In this document: piece by piece, positions 28,473 to 36,693 of the stretch
Layout: each line of letters starts with the position of its first letter
Numbering within the stretch: the stretch's first letter is position 1
From: an uncultured Gemmatimonadales bacterium
GTDB lineage: Bacteria > Gemmatimonadota > Gemmatimonadetes > Gemmatimonadales > GWC2-71-9
Assembly (NCBI GenBank): GCA_963817575.1
Contig: CAWFOY010000003.1
Coordinates: 1,680-65,679 of the forward strand
Length of the DNA: 64,000 bases
Direction of reading: 5' to 3'
Made by a program: the position numbers and the translations under genes
Notes under the pieces: generated by a model
Told to the model about the DNA's origin: nothing
Database searches by the model: none
What the model saw: only the letters and a program-made list of their open reading frames with translations

Positions 28473-30188
28473 GTGCCGAGACTCCAGCTCCCCGACAGCC
28501 CGGCCGGCTTCGCCGAAGCCACCTGGGAAGACCTGCGCCCGTACTTCGAGACCCTCGCCACGATGCCGGTGGCGGAGGGCGAGGTCGAGGCATGGCTGGG
28601 CGAGTGGTCTCGCCTCGAGGAGCTGGTGACGGAGGCCGCCGGGCTGGCGATGATCGCCTACACCGCGGACACCGGGGACGCCGCCAAGGAGGCCGCCCAT
28701 CTTCGCTTCTCGTCGGAGATCTTCCCGGTCATGGAGGAGCAGGGCGTCCGCCTCGCGCGCCGGCTGCTGGACTTCGGCTACACGCGGCCCGATCTGGACG
28801 TGGTCCTCCGCCGGTTCAGGACCCAGATCGAGATCTTCCGGGAGGAGAGCGTTCCGTTGTTCGCCGAACTGGAGGAGTTGTCGGCGCGTTATCAGCGACT
28901 CACGGGCGGCATCACGGTGGAGTGGGAGGGCGAGCGGAAGACGGTGCCGCAGCTGCTGCCCTACCTGAAGCAACCGGACCGCGCGGTGCGCGAGCGGGCG
29001 TTCCGGGCCATCAGCGCGCCGTATGTCGACCTTCGCGCCGACCTCGCCGGGATCTTCGACGAGATGTACATGCGGCGGCAGCGCGTCGCGGCCCAGGCTG
29101 GCCTGGCGGATTTCGAGGCGTATGCCTTCCGCGCCAAGTGCCGGTTCGACTACACGCCGGCGGACTGCACCAGGTTCCACGAGGCGGTGGAGGCCGCCGT
29201 CGTACCCGCAGTGGGCCGCATCCATGAGCGGCGGCGCCAGCGACTCGGCCTCGAGCGGCTTCGGCCGTGGGACCTGGACGTGGATCCCTCGGGCCGGCCT
29301 CCGATCCGCCCTTTCACGACGGCGGACGAACTGGCGCGCAAGAGCGCCGACGTCTTCCGAGCCGTCGCTCCGGAGCTCGGCGACCAGTTCGACACGATGC
29401 GCGGGGAGCGGCTGCTCGACCTCGAGAGCCGGAAGGGCAAGGCTCCGGGCGGCTATTGCGAGACGCTGCACGCGAGAGGGCGACCCTACATCCACATGAA
29501 CGCCGTGGGACTTGTGGACGACGTCATGACGCTGCTGCACGAGGCGGGGCATGCCTTCCACGCGTTCGCGGCTCATCCTCAGCCGTTCATCTGGCAGCGC
29601 CATGTCGGCTCGGAGGCCGCGGAGCTGGCGTCGATGACGATGGAATTGCTCGCGGCTCCGAGGCTGGATGGGCCGGGCGGGCTGTTCACCCCCGAGGCGC
29701 TCCGGCTCGCGCGCATCGAGCACCTGGAGGACGTGCTGGTGACCCTCACGCACGTGGCCTCTGTGGACGCCTTTCAGCGCTGGATTTACACCAGCGGGGA
29801 AGGGCATGACCCGGAGGCGCGCGACCAGGCGTGGCTCCGGATTCGCCGCCGATTCGAAGGGGTGGTCGACTGGAGCGGACTGGAGCGAGAGCGGGTGGCC
29901 CGGTGGTACCGCCAGCTACACGTATTCCTGTACCCGTTCTACTACATCGAGTACGGACTGGCCCAGCTCGGGGCGCTGCAGATCTGGCGGCGGAGCCGCG
30001 AGGACCACCCTGCCGCGGTGCGCTCGTATCGCGCGGCGCTGGCCCTCGGGTCCACCACTTCGTTGCCGGAGATGTTTGGGGTGGCCGGGGCCCGGTTTAC
30101 CGTCGATGCCGACGTCGTGGCGGACCTCGTCGCCCTGGTGGAGGAGGAGCTCGAACGGCTGCACGCCGGTGCACCCGTGGTTGCATAA
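28473..30188 (+). CDS. M3-family oligoendopeptidase (PepF-like)
   Basis: 571 aa with the zinc motif ..TLLHEAGHAFHAF.. and overall PepF-like length and organisation. Confidence 0.8.
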   Translation: MPRLQLPDSPAGFAEATWEDLRPYFETLATMPVAEGEVEAWLGEWSRLEELVTEAAGLAMIAYTADTGDAAKEAAHLRFSSEIFPVMEEQGVRLARRLLDFGYTRPDLDVVLRRFRTQIEIFREESVPLFAELEELSARYQRLTGGITVEWEGERKTVPQLLPYLKQPDRAVRERAFRAISAPYVDLRADLAGIFDEMYMRRQRVAAQAGLADFEAYAFRAKCRFDYTPADCTRFHEAVEAAVVPAVGRIHERRRQRLGLERLRPWDLDVDPSGRPPIRPFTTADELARKSADVFRAVAPELGDQFDTMRGERLLDLESRKGKAPGGYCETLHARGRPYIHMNAVGLVDDVMTLLHEAGHAFHAFAAHPQPFIWQRHVGSEAAELASMTMELLAAPRLDGPGGLFTPEALRLARIEHLEDVLVTLTHVASVDAFQRWIYTSGEGHDPEARDQAWLRIRRRFEGVVDWSGLERERVARWYRQLHVFLYPFYYIEYGLAQLGALQIWRRSREDHPAAVRSYRAALALGSTTSLPEMFGVAGARFTVDADVVADLVALVEEELERLHAGAPVVA

Positions 30189-30277
30189 CGGGACCCGCCG
30201 GGCAAGATTCCCCCGGTTCCCGCGCCGGCGGCCGGTAGGGCCGCGAGGCGAGCAGGTCCCATGGGCGGAGTTCGTGG

Positions 30278-30496
30278 ATGGCGAAAGAAGAAGGCATTGA
30301 GATGGAAGGGGTGGTTACCGAAGTTCTCCCCGACCGCAACTACCGGGTGCTGCTCGAGAACGGTCACTCGATCCTGGCGTACGCCGCCGGAAAGATGAGC
30401 AAGTTCAAGATCCGTGTACTCGAGGGCGACCGGGTCAGCGTCGTGCTTTCGCCCTATGATCTCACCCGGGGCCGGGTCATCTACCGCCACAAGTAG
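30278..30496 (+). CDS. infA: Translation initiation factor IF-1
   Basis: 72 aa: [72 protein letters not shown]. Confidence 0.95.
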   Translation: MAKEEGIEMEGVVTEVLPDRNYRVLLENGHSILAYAAGKMSKFKIRVLEGDRVSVVLSPYDLTRGRVIYRHK

Positions 30497-30543
30497 GCTG
30501 CTTCGCGCCATTCCATGGGACCCCGTCCGGGTCCTGGCAACGA

Positions 30544-30573
30544 GAACGGGCCGCTCTTTCGAGCGGCCCGTTC
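30544..30573. terminator. Bidirectional terminator between infA and the cold-shock gene
   Basis: A perfect 13-bp stem GAACGGGCCGCTC / GAGCGGCCCGTTC with loop TTTC. Confidence 0.7.
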
Positions 30574-30594
30574 GCGTTCCGACGTGAGGCGGTC

Positions 30595-30807
30595 TTACTT
30601 GACCTTGGTGACGTTCTCAGCGGCCGGGCCCTTGGCACCCTGCACGATGTCGAACTCGACCTTGTCGCCCTCGGAAAGGCTGCGGAACCCATCGGCCTTG
30701 ATGGCGGTGTGATGGACGAAGCAGTCCTTTTCACCGTTTTCGGGGGTGATGAACCCAAAGCCCTTCGCGTCGTTGAACCACTTCACCGTGCCGGTCGTGC
30801 GTGCCAT
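30595..30807 (-). CDS. Cold-shock protein (CspA family)
   Basis: From the internal ATG 30807: [69 protein letters not shown]1 (KGFGFI) and RNP2 (VFVHH-like) motifs are present. Confidence 0.93.
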   Translation of the reverse strand: MARTTGTVKWFNDAKGFGFITPENGEKDCFVHHTAIKADGFRSLSEGDKVEFDIVQGAKGPAAENVTKVK

Positions 30808-30978
30808 GGAACCAAACTCCGTTGTTGTGTGCATACGTCGGGGTTCGGTCTGGCCGCCCCACCGACTCCGTCATGGGAGCGAGCCTATCTCGCGCCATGA
30901 CAAACCAAAACCCGGAACGACTTGCCCGGGATATTTGCTCAAATCGCGCGGCAAATGTTGCACTCGCAGGCAGTTAAG

Positions 30979-32742
30979 TCAAGAGGACCCCCCGGAACCC
31001 CCCTTCCGCCACCACCGGGCGGCCGCCTTGGCCCACTCGCCGCTTCGTTCCCGGAGGCGCCGTCCCGTCGCCCGGTTGAGGGCTTGGAGGAATTCGGCGG
31101 CGGAGGGGTACCGGGCCTCCACTTCGTTCCGAAGGGCCCGCTCCAGGACGGCGTTCAGCTCCGGGCCCACCTCTGGACGCCGGGCCAGCAGGGCAGGGCG
31201 GCGATCCGCCGTCTGGCGCGCCAGGACCTGCTCCACCGTCGCGCCCGGGAACGGGCGTTCACCGAGCAGCGCGAAGTACGCCACGGCCGCCAGGCTGTAG
31301 AGATCGGAGCGCTGGTCCACCCGCTCGCCGAGGAGCTGCTCCGGGCTGGCAAACTGCGGGGTGCCGCTCTGGCTCGTAGCGCCGCCGAAACGGCCCTCCC
31401 CACGCAAGGCCAGCGCCAGCCCGAAGTCGGTGATCCGCAGTGTGCCGTCAGGCTCCAACAGCAGGTTTTCCGGCTTGATGTCGCGGTGGACCAGGCCCAT
31501 GCCGTGGGCGTGGGTCAGCGCCGACAATGCCTCGCGGAGGATGCGGAGCACGGCCTCCAGGGGCAGGGGCCCGTCCCGTTCCACGAGCTGGGCCAGGTTC
31601 GGGCCCTTCACGAAGGCCATCGTGTACCACAGCAGGCCGGCCCGTCCGGCGATGTCATAGATGTCCACGATGTTCGGATGACGAAGTCGGGCGGCCATCT
31701 GCGCCTCGCGGCGGAAGCGCTCGACCACGGACGGCTCGGTCGTGAGTTGCGGGTGCAGGATCTTGAGTGCGACCTCGCGCTCCAGGTGAAGGTCCCGCAC
31801 TCGGTACACCCGACCGAAGCCGCCGGTGCCCAGCGGGCCGAGCAGCTCGTAGTCGTCGCCGAGCGCGCGCCGGAGCCGCTTTTCCCAATGCTCGCTCGCT
31901 TCGAACGGGGCATCCTGCCCGGGGGTTATGCCCGGCGTCTCGTAGGTGCCGGCGTCCGACGTGAAGTCCTCCAGCATCTCTCCGGGGGTCAGGTAGCGGT
32001 CATCCGCGACCCGTTGCAGCGCCCGGAGGAGGATGCGATCGAGGGCGCGCGGGCAGTTGGGCCGGAGCTCGGAGGGGCGCCGGACGAGCGTCGAGTCCAG
32101 GGGGGGCGCCTGACCCGTGACGGAGAAGTACAGGATGGCACCTGCCGTGTAGACATCGCTCGCAGGATCGCCCGGCTCGCCTCCACGAACCTCCGGCGCC
32201 AGGAATTCCAGGCCCGTGGGAGTCTCGGTCGAAGGGATGGCGGGGAGGGTGTAGCTGCAGAACCGGAGGTCGGTGATCGTTCCGCGCCCGGACGGGCCGA
32301 GCAGCAGCGATTGTGGAACGATGCGCCGGACGATGATTCCGCGGGCGTGTGCGTGGTCCAGGGCGGTGAGGATATCCCGCGCCAGGGCGTGGACGGTTGG
32401 AATGGGGCGCGGCCCGCGCTGGACGGCGTCGGCCGCGCTCTCCCCCTCGATCCAACTCCCCACCCGGAAGGCGATGTCGCCGATGACGCCCGCGTCGTAC
32501 ACATGCCGGATGGCCGGGTGATCCAGCTGGCCGAGGGCCTCGGCCTCGCGCAGGAACCAGGCGCGGACGGTACTGTCGGGGTAGAAATTGACGCGGAGGC
32601 TCACCCGGCGGCGGAGGACGAGATCCCACGCCTGGAACAACACGCGCTCCCTCGAGGAGGCCACGGTCCGGTCGATGCGGTAGCGCGCGCCCAGCGCCTG
32701 GGCGGCGCGCTCGGCGTAGAGGCCGGGATCGGTGGCGGTCAT
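30979..32742 (-). CDS. Cytoplasmic tandem kinase: N-terminal degenerate (pseudo)kinase domain plus C-terminal canonical Ser/Thr kinase domain
   Basis: 587 aa. The C-terminal half has GTGGFGRVY, VALKIL, HRDIKPENLLL, DFG and SPE motifs. The N-terminal half aligns as a kinase fold but lacks the G-loop, carries VSLRV instead of VAxK, IVRRIVPQSLLL instead of HRDxKxxN, and DLR instead of DFG. No TM or known sensor domain is present. Confidence 0.85.
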   Translation of the reverse strand: MTATDPGLYAERAAQALGARYRIDRTVASSRERVLFQAWDLVLRRRVSLRVNFYPDSTVRAWFLREAEALGQLDHPAIRHVYDAGVIGDIAFRVGSWIEGESAADAVQRGPRPIPTVHALARDILTALDHAHARGIIVRRIVPQSLLLGPSGRGTITDLRFCSYTLPAIPSTETPTGLEFLAPEVRGGEPGDPASDVYTAGAILYFSVTGQAPPLDSTLVRRPSELRPNCPRALDRILLRALQRVADDRYLTPGEMLEDFTSDAGTYETPGITPGQDAPFEASEHWEKRLRRALGDDYELLGPLGTGGFGRVYRVRDLHLEREVALKILHPQLTTEPSVVERFRREAQMAARLRHPNIVDIYDIAGRAGLLWYTMAFVKGPNLAQLVERDGPLPLEAVLRILREALSALTHAHGMGLVHRDIKPENLLLEPDGTLRITDFGLALALRGEGRFGGATSQSGTPQFASPEQLLGERVDQRSDLYSLAAVAYFALLGERPFPGATVEQVLARQTADRRPALLARRPEVGPELNAVLERALRNEVEARYPSAAEFLQALNRATGRRLRERSGEWAKAAARWWRKGGSGGSS

Positions 32743-32761
32743 CGTGGGAGGTGCAGTGGAA

Positions 32762-33304
32762 TCAGCGCAGCGCCCGCCGGCGCTCGACGAGAATGGGCTG
32801 GCCGCAGGTATCGTCGCTGCACCAGCGTCGCACGTGGCCTGGGGTTGAATCCACGAAGTACAGCGAGCAGGTGGGCGCGGCGCATTGCCGTACCTGGGTG
32901 GCGGGGTCGGCGAGGGTCTTGGCCGCGCTCCGGACGATCGCGTCGGTGGCCGTCGGGGCGTGACTCGGAGCGAAAACCAGCCGCCATTCTCCGCGCACGC
33001 GCGTGAGCTGATGGTGGCCGTTGGCCGTCGCGAGGACCCGGTTGATGTCCTGAATGCACGAGGAAGGAGGCTGGCGTCCGGCCGCGAGCGCTTCCGCCAG
33101 GCTGAGCAGCATGACTCGCAGGGCCACCACGTCAGTGAACGCGATGTTGTCCGCGTCCGAGGCGATCTTCTCCGCCTTGGTCCACCGATGGTAGGCCGGC
33201 GCGTCCATCAGCCGGTCGGTCACGGCGGCGACGCGGTCCCGCGCGGTATTGATGAAGTCGATCCAGACCGCATCGCCGAGCAGGAGAAACTCAGGATCTC
33301 CCAT
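32762..33304 (-). CDS. CGNR zinc-finger / ABATE-domain protein
   Basis: 180 aa. The C-terminal ..CAAPTCSLYFVDSTPGHVRRWCSDDTCGQ.. matches the C-x4-C..F.D.S..RRWCS...CG(N) zinc-finger pattern. The N-terminal ..FINT.. is ABATE-like. Confidence 0.75.
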   Translation of the reverse strand: MGDPEFLLLGDAVWIDFINTARDRVAAVTDRLMDAPAYHRWTKAEKIASDADNIAFTDVVALRVMLLSLAEALAAGRQPPSSCIQDINRVLATANGHHQLTRVRGEWRLVFAPSHAPTATDAIVRSAAKTLADPATQVRQCAAPTCSLYFVDSTPGHVRRWCSDDTCGQPILVERRRALR

Positions 33305-33318
33305 CGCGCCCCCCGCTC

Positions 33319-34659
33319 CTAGAAGTCGCCGGCGATTTCGGCGAGGTCGCGGCCGCCACGCTTGGCCTTGTACAGCGCGGCATCGGCCGCGGCGAGCAGG
33401 CTGCTCACGGTCGTGCCGTGGCGAGGTGCCTCCGCGACGCCGAAACTGAGCGTCTGGCGCCCGAAATCCGGATGCGACCGCTCCACCTCGGCGATGCTGG
33501 CCTGGACCCGGCCCACGAAAACCATCGCCTCCTGCGGCGTCGTCATGGGGAGGACGACGAGGAACTCATCGCCACCCAGCCGGCCGACGACGTCGAGGGT
33601 ACGGCACTGCTGGCGGAGGATGTTGGCCAGGATCACGAGCAGGCGGTCGCCTGAGGGATGACCCATCGAGTCGTTGACGTGCTTGAAGCGATCGAGATCG
33701 AGCAGCACGATGGACGTATGAAGCTGGTGCCGGGTCGCGCGGGAGAGTTCCGCGGCCAGGCGCTCCTCGAGCGCCCTGCGATTGTAGAGCTGCGTGAGCT
33801 CGTCGGTGTTGGCGGCGCTCTGCAGCTGCTCCACGAGGTGCGCATTCTTGAGGGCGATCGCCGCGGCGAAGGAGAGCGTGCCGGCGAGATCGAGCTCGGC
33901 GGGTCCGTACGCCTTGCCGCTGATGCGCGGGCCGAGCAGCAGTGTCGCCATCCGCTCCGGGCCCGCGTCGAGCGGCACGACTACTTCGGTCAGCGGCATG
34001 ACGACGGAGGCGAGTGCGACGTCCTCGCAGCCGCTGGCGGCACTGCCCAGGGGCAGTGCGGCATCGAGCTCTGCCCGCGGCATCGGCCCCGGCCGGATGC
34101 GGTCATCCAGCGAGCGGAACACCTTCGGCTCATAGGTCGCATCGGCGGGCCGGAAGAGGCACGCCCACCAGGCGAAGAACACTTCGGCCATGAAATCGAG
34201 GATGAGCTGCTCGGTCTCTTCGGAGGAGTGCACCGACGAGAGCAATCGCGCCACCTGGCGCAGTGCCCGCAGCTGGAAGGCGGCATCGTCCAGGGCGGCC
34301 TGGCGCTCGAGCAGGATGCTGCGCAGCTCGAGGACCACGGAGAGCCCGTGCGCAAGCGGAAGGGCGATCTCCCGAAGCCGCGGCGCCAGCGGCGGTTCGG
34401 TCGAGATGATGACTTCGGTCTGGCCACTCTTGAGGCGTGCGACCTCGATGGCCTCCACGAAGCCCCCGGCCGGCCCTACGCGAGGGATGGCCCCGGTCGG
34501 CGAATGGATCGTGAACCAGATCTGCTCGGATTGGAATCGGCCCACCAGCGCGTCACGGCACCGCTCGAAGAGTTCGGCGTCGGTCCGGGAGAGTCGGCAC
34601 GCTGCGGCGAAGGCGCTCGGCAGGGTGTGCAGCGTCACGGAACCAGAGGGGAGACCCAT
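33319..34659 (-). CDS. Diguanylate cyclase (GGDEF) with an N-terminal GAF-like sensory region
   Basis: 446 aa. ..DELTQLYNRRALEERL..VLLDLDRFKHVNDSMGHPSGDRLL..RTLDVVGRLGGDEFLVVL.. shows an intact GGDEF motif and an RxxD I-site at the canonical spacing. Confidence 0.88.
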   Translation of the reverse strand: MGLPSGSVTLHTLPSAFAAACRLSRTDAELFERCRDALVGRFQSEQIWFTIHSPTGAIPRVGPAGGFVEAIEVARLKSGQTEVIISTEPPLAPRLREIALPLAHGLSVVLELRSILLERQAALDDAAFQLRALRQVARLLSSVHSSEETEQLILDFMAEVFFAWWACLFRPADATYEPKVFRSLDDRIRPGPMPRAELDAALPLGSAASGCEDVALASVVMPLTEVVVPLDAGPERMATLLLGPRISGKAYGPAELDLAGTLSFAAAIALKNAHLVEQLQSAANTDELTQLYNRRALEERLAAELSRATRHQLHTSIVLLDLDRFKHVNDSMGHPSGDRLLVILANILRQQCRTLDVVGRLGGDEFLVVLPMTTPQEAMVFVGRVQASIAEVERSHPDFGRQTLSFGVAEAPRHGTTVSSLLAAADAALYKAKRGGRDLAEIAGDF

Positions 34660-34728
34660 GCCCCAAGATAGCGTCCAACGGCTTTCTTGCCAACGCGTTG
34701 CACGCTTGCGACAGGAACGGATGGAGGC

Positions 34729-35340
34729 TCAGCCGCCCTCGAGAACCGCACGCAATTCGGCATTCAGAAGCTGAAGCTCCCGCAGCATCTCTTTCCGGGG
34801 CCATTCGGGGCGCCCGGTGAGGTGCTCGGTGACCGTCCCGAACCACCAAAGTGTGTCCGCGGGCGTCCCGGCCGGATCGGCGTGGAGGTATTCGGCCCCC
34901 AGGCGCCTGACAATGCGAATGGCAGCCCCGCAGGCGTGGATCTCATCGGCGGCGCAGATGTCGAGCGCGCGCGGATCGGCCTCGGCGAGCTGCACGAGGA
35001 ACTCCTGCTTGCACGCCCGCCACGAGCGCACCCGACCTAGCGGGTCGTGTCGTGGCTCCAGGACCTCGCGCGCGGTGGCCAGCACGATCGGGCCGAACTT
35101 TTCCGACACCTTGGCCTCCAGCACCCGCCGCGGTCCCGGCGGCGTCTCCTCGAGCACGCGATGCAGGATGCCGGCGACGATCGTGAGGTCATCACACCCA
35201 TAGCGGGCCAGGATGATCGCGATGTTGGCGGGATGGGCCAGATAGGCCATCGTCATGCCCGGACGATCGACCGTCCCGTAGTACTTGGCGGCGAACGCGA
35301 GAGCGTGGTTGATCCGGTCGCTGTAGCCGTGCACCGTCAT
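34729..35340 (-). CDS. SpoT/Mesh1-like HD-domain protein with a degenerate HD dyad (HR)
   Basis: 203 aa. ..INHALAFAAKYYGTVDR..AYLAHPANIAIILARYGCDDLTIVAGILHRVLEETP..KFGPIVLATAREV.. aligns to the (p)ppGpp-hydrolase HD fold, but the LLHDxxED motif reads ILHRVLEE. Confidence 0.55.
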   Translation of the reverse strand: MTVHGYSDRINHALAFAAKYYGTVDRPGMTMAYLAHPANIAIILARYGCDDLTIVAGILHRVLEETPPGPRRVLEAKVSEKFGPIVLATAREVLEPRHDPLGRVRSWRACKQEFLVQLAEADPRALDICAADEIHACGAAIRIVRRLGAEYLHADPAGTPADTLWWFGTVTEHLTGRPEWPRKEMLRELQLLNAELRAVLEGG

Positions 35341-35347
35341 GCGGTCC

Positions 35348-35983
35348 TCACGGAAGTCCGAGGAGCTTGTGCGTCTGGAGGCTCAGGCGCCAGCGGGGGT
35401 GGGTCAGGCAGTAGTCAATTGCCAGTCGCGTATTCTGCTCGCGTTCGGGACCGTCCATCGGCTGCAGAAAGAAATGCCGAAAGTCGAGCTCGGTGAATCG
35501 CTCCGGCTCCGCTCCTCCCTGCGGGTATACCAGCTTGAGCTCGTGACCGCGCCGAAGGACGAGCGGCGCGCCCGCCTTCGGGCTCACGCAGATCCAGTCC
35601 AGCCCAGCCGGCGCCGCCTGCGTGCCGTTGGTTTCAACGGCGACCTCGAAACCCTCGCCGTGCAGCGCCGCGACCAGCGGGGCATCGAGCTGCAGCAGCG
35701 GCTCGCCCCCGGTGCAGACCACGAGGGGCCGTCCGGTCGTCGATGCCGGCCACGCGGCGCGGATTGCACGGGCCAGTGCCGCAGCCGACGGGAACTTGCC
35801 GCCTCCCGGGCCGTCGGTCCCCACGAATTCGGTGTCGCAGAACTGACAGATCGCGGCGGCCCGATCCGCTTCGCGGCCGGTCCACAGGTTGCAGCCGGCG
35901 AATCGGCAGAACACCGCCGGACGGCCGGTCTGGGCGCCTTCGCCCTGCAGGGTGTAGTAGATCTCCTTGACCGCGTAGGTCAT
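35348..35983 (-). CDS. queE: 7-carboxy-7-deazaguanine synthase (radical SAM)
   Basis: 211 aa: [53 protein letters not shown].. is the QueE signature. Confidence 0.9.
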   Translation of the reverse strand: MTYAVKEIYYTLQGEGAQTGRPAVFCRFAGCNLWTGREADRAAAICQFCDTEFVGTDGPGGGKFPSAAALARAIRAAWPASTTGRPLVVCTGGEPLLQLDAPLVAALHGEGFEVAVETNGTQAAPAGLDWICVSPKAGAPLVLRRGHELKLVYPQGGAEPERFTELDFRHFFLQPMDGPEREQNTRLAIDYCLTHPRWRLSLQTHKLLGLP

Positions 35984-36672
35984 CGCGCGACGTACCTCGC
36001 CGGATCGTCGAGCCCGAGCTCGCGAAATCCCTTGAGCCGGAGCTGGCAGGCGTCACACTCACCACACGCCGCCCCGTCCCCGGCGGGATCGTAGCAACTG
36101 CGGGTGTCGCCGTAATCGACACCGAGTGCGAGGCCGCGCGCGATGATCTCTCGCTTGGTCATCTGAATCAATGGAGCATGGATCCGCAGAGGGCGCCCTT
36201 CAGCCGATGCCTTGGTGGCGAGGTTCGCCATCCGCTCGAACGCCTCGATATACTCCGGCCGGCAATCGGGATAGCCGCTGTAGTCGAGCGCGTTGACGCC
36301 GATGAAGACGTCCTGCGCACCGAGGACCTCTGCCCACGCGAGCGCGTACGCCAGAAAGATGGTATTCCGCGCCGGCACATAGGTGATGGGGATGCCTTCC
36401 GCCAGGGCCTTCGCGCTCCGCCCCTTGGGGACTGGGAGGTCGGCCGTCAGCGCCGAGCCCCCGAACGCGCGGAGATCGATCTCCGCGACGAGATGCCGGA
36501 CCGCGCCGAGGCGTCGCGCCACCGCGGCGGCCGCCGCGAGCTCACCTTCGTGGCGCTGTCCATACCGGAAGCTCAGCGCGAAGGGCGAAAACCCCTCGTC
36601 CCGCGCGATCGCCAGAGTCGTCGCGGAATCGAGACCCCCGCTCAACAGAACAACGGCCGGCCTGTCCGTCAT
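35980..36672 (-). CDS. queC: 7-cyano-7-deazaguanine (preQ0) synthase
   Basis: [32 protein letters not shown].. plus the C-terminal Zn cluster ..[16 protein letters not shown]... The start is at ATG 36672 (alternative 36687). The stop overlaps the queE start (ATGA). Confidence 0.92.
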   Translation of the reverse strand: MTDRPAVVLLSGGLDSATTLAIARDEGFSPFALSFRYGQRHEGELAAAAAVARRLGAVRHLVAEIDLRAFGGSALTADLPVPKGRSAKALAEGIPITYVPARNTIFLAYALAWAEVLGAQDVFIGVNALDYSGYPDCRPEYIEAFERMANLATKASAEGRPLRIHAPLIQMTKREIIARGLALGVDYGDTRSCYDPAGDGAACGECDACQLRLKGFRELGLDDPARYVAR

Positions 36673-36693
36673 GCCGGAAACATACATGGCGGC

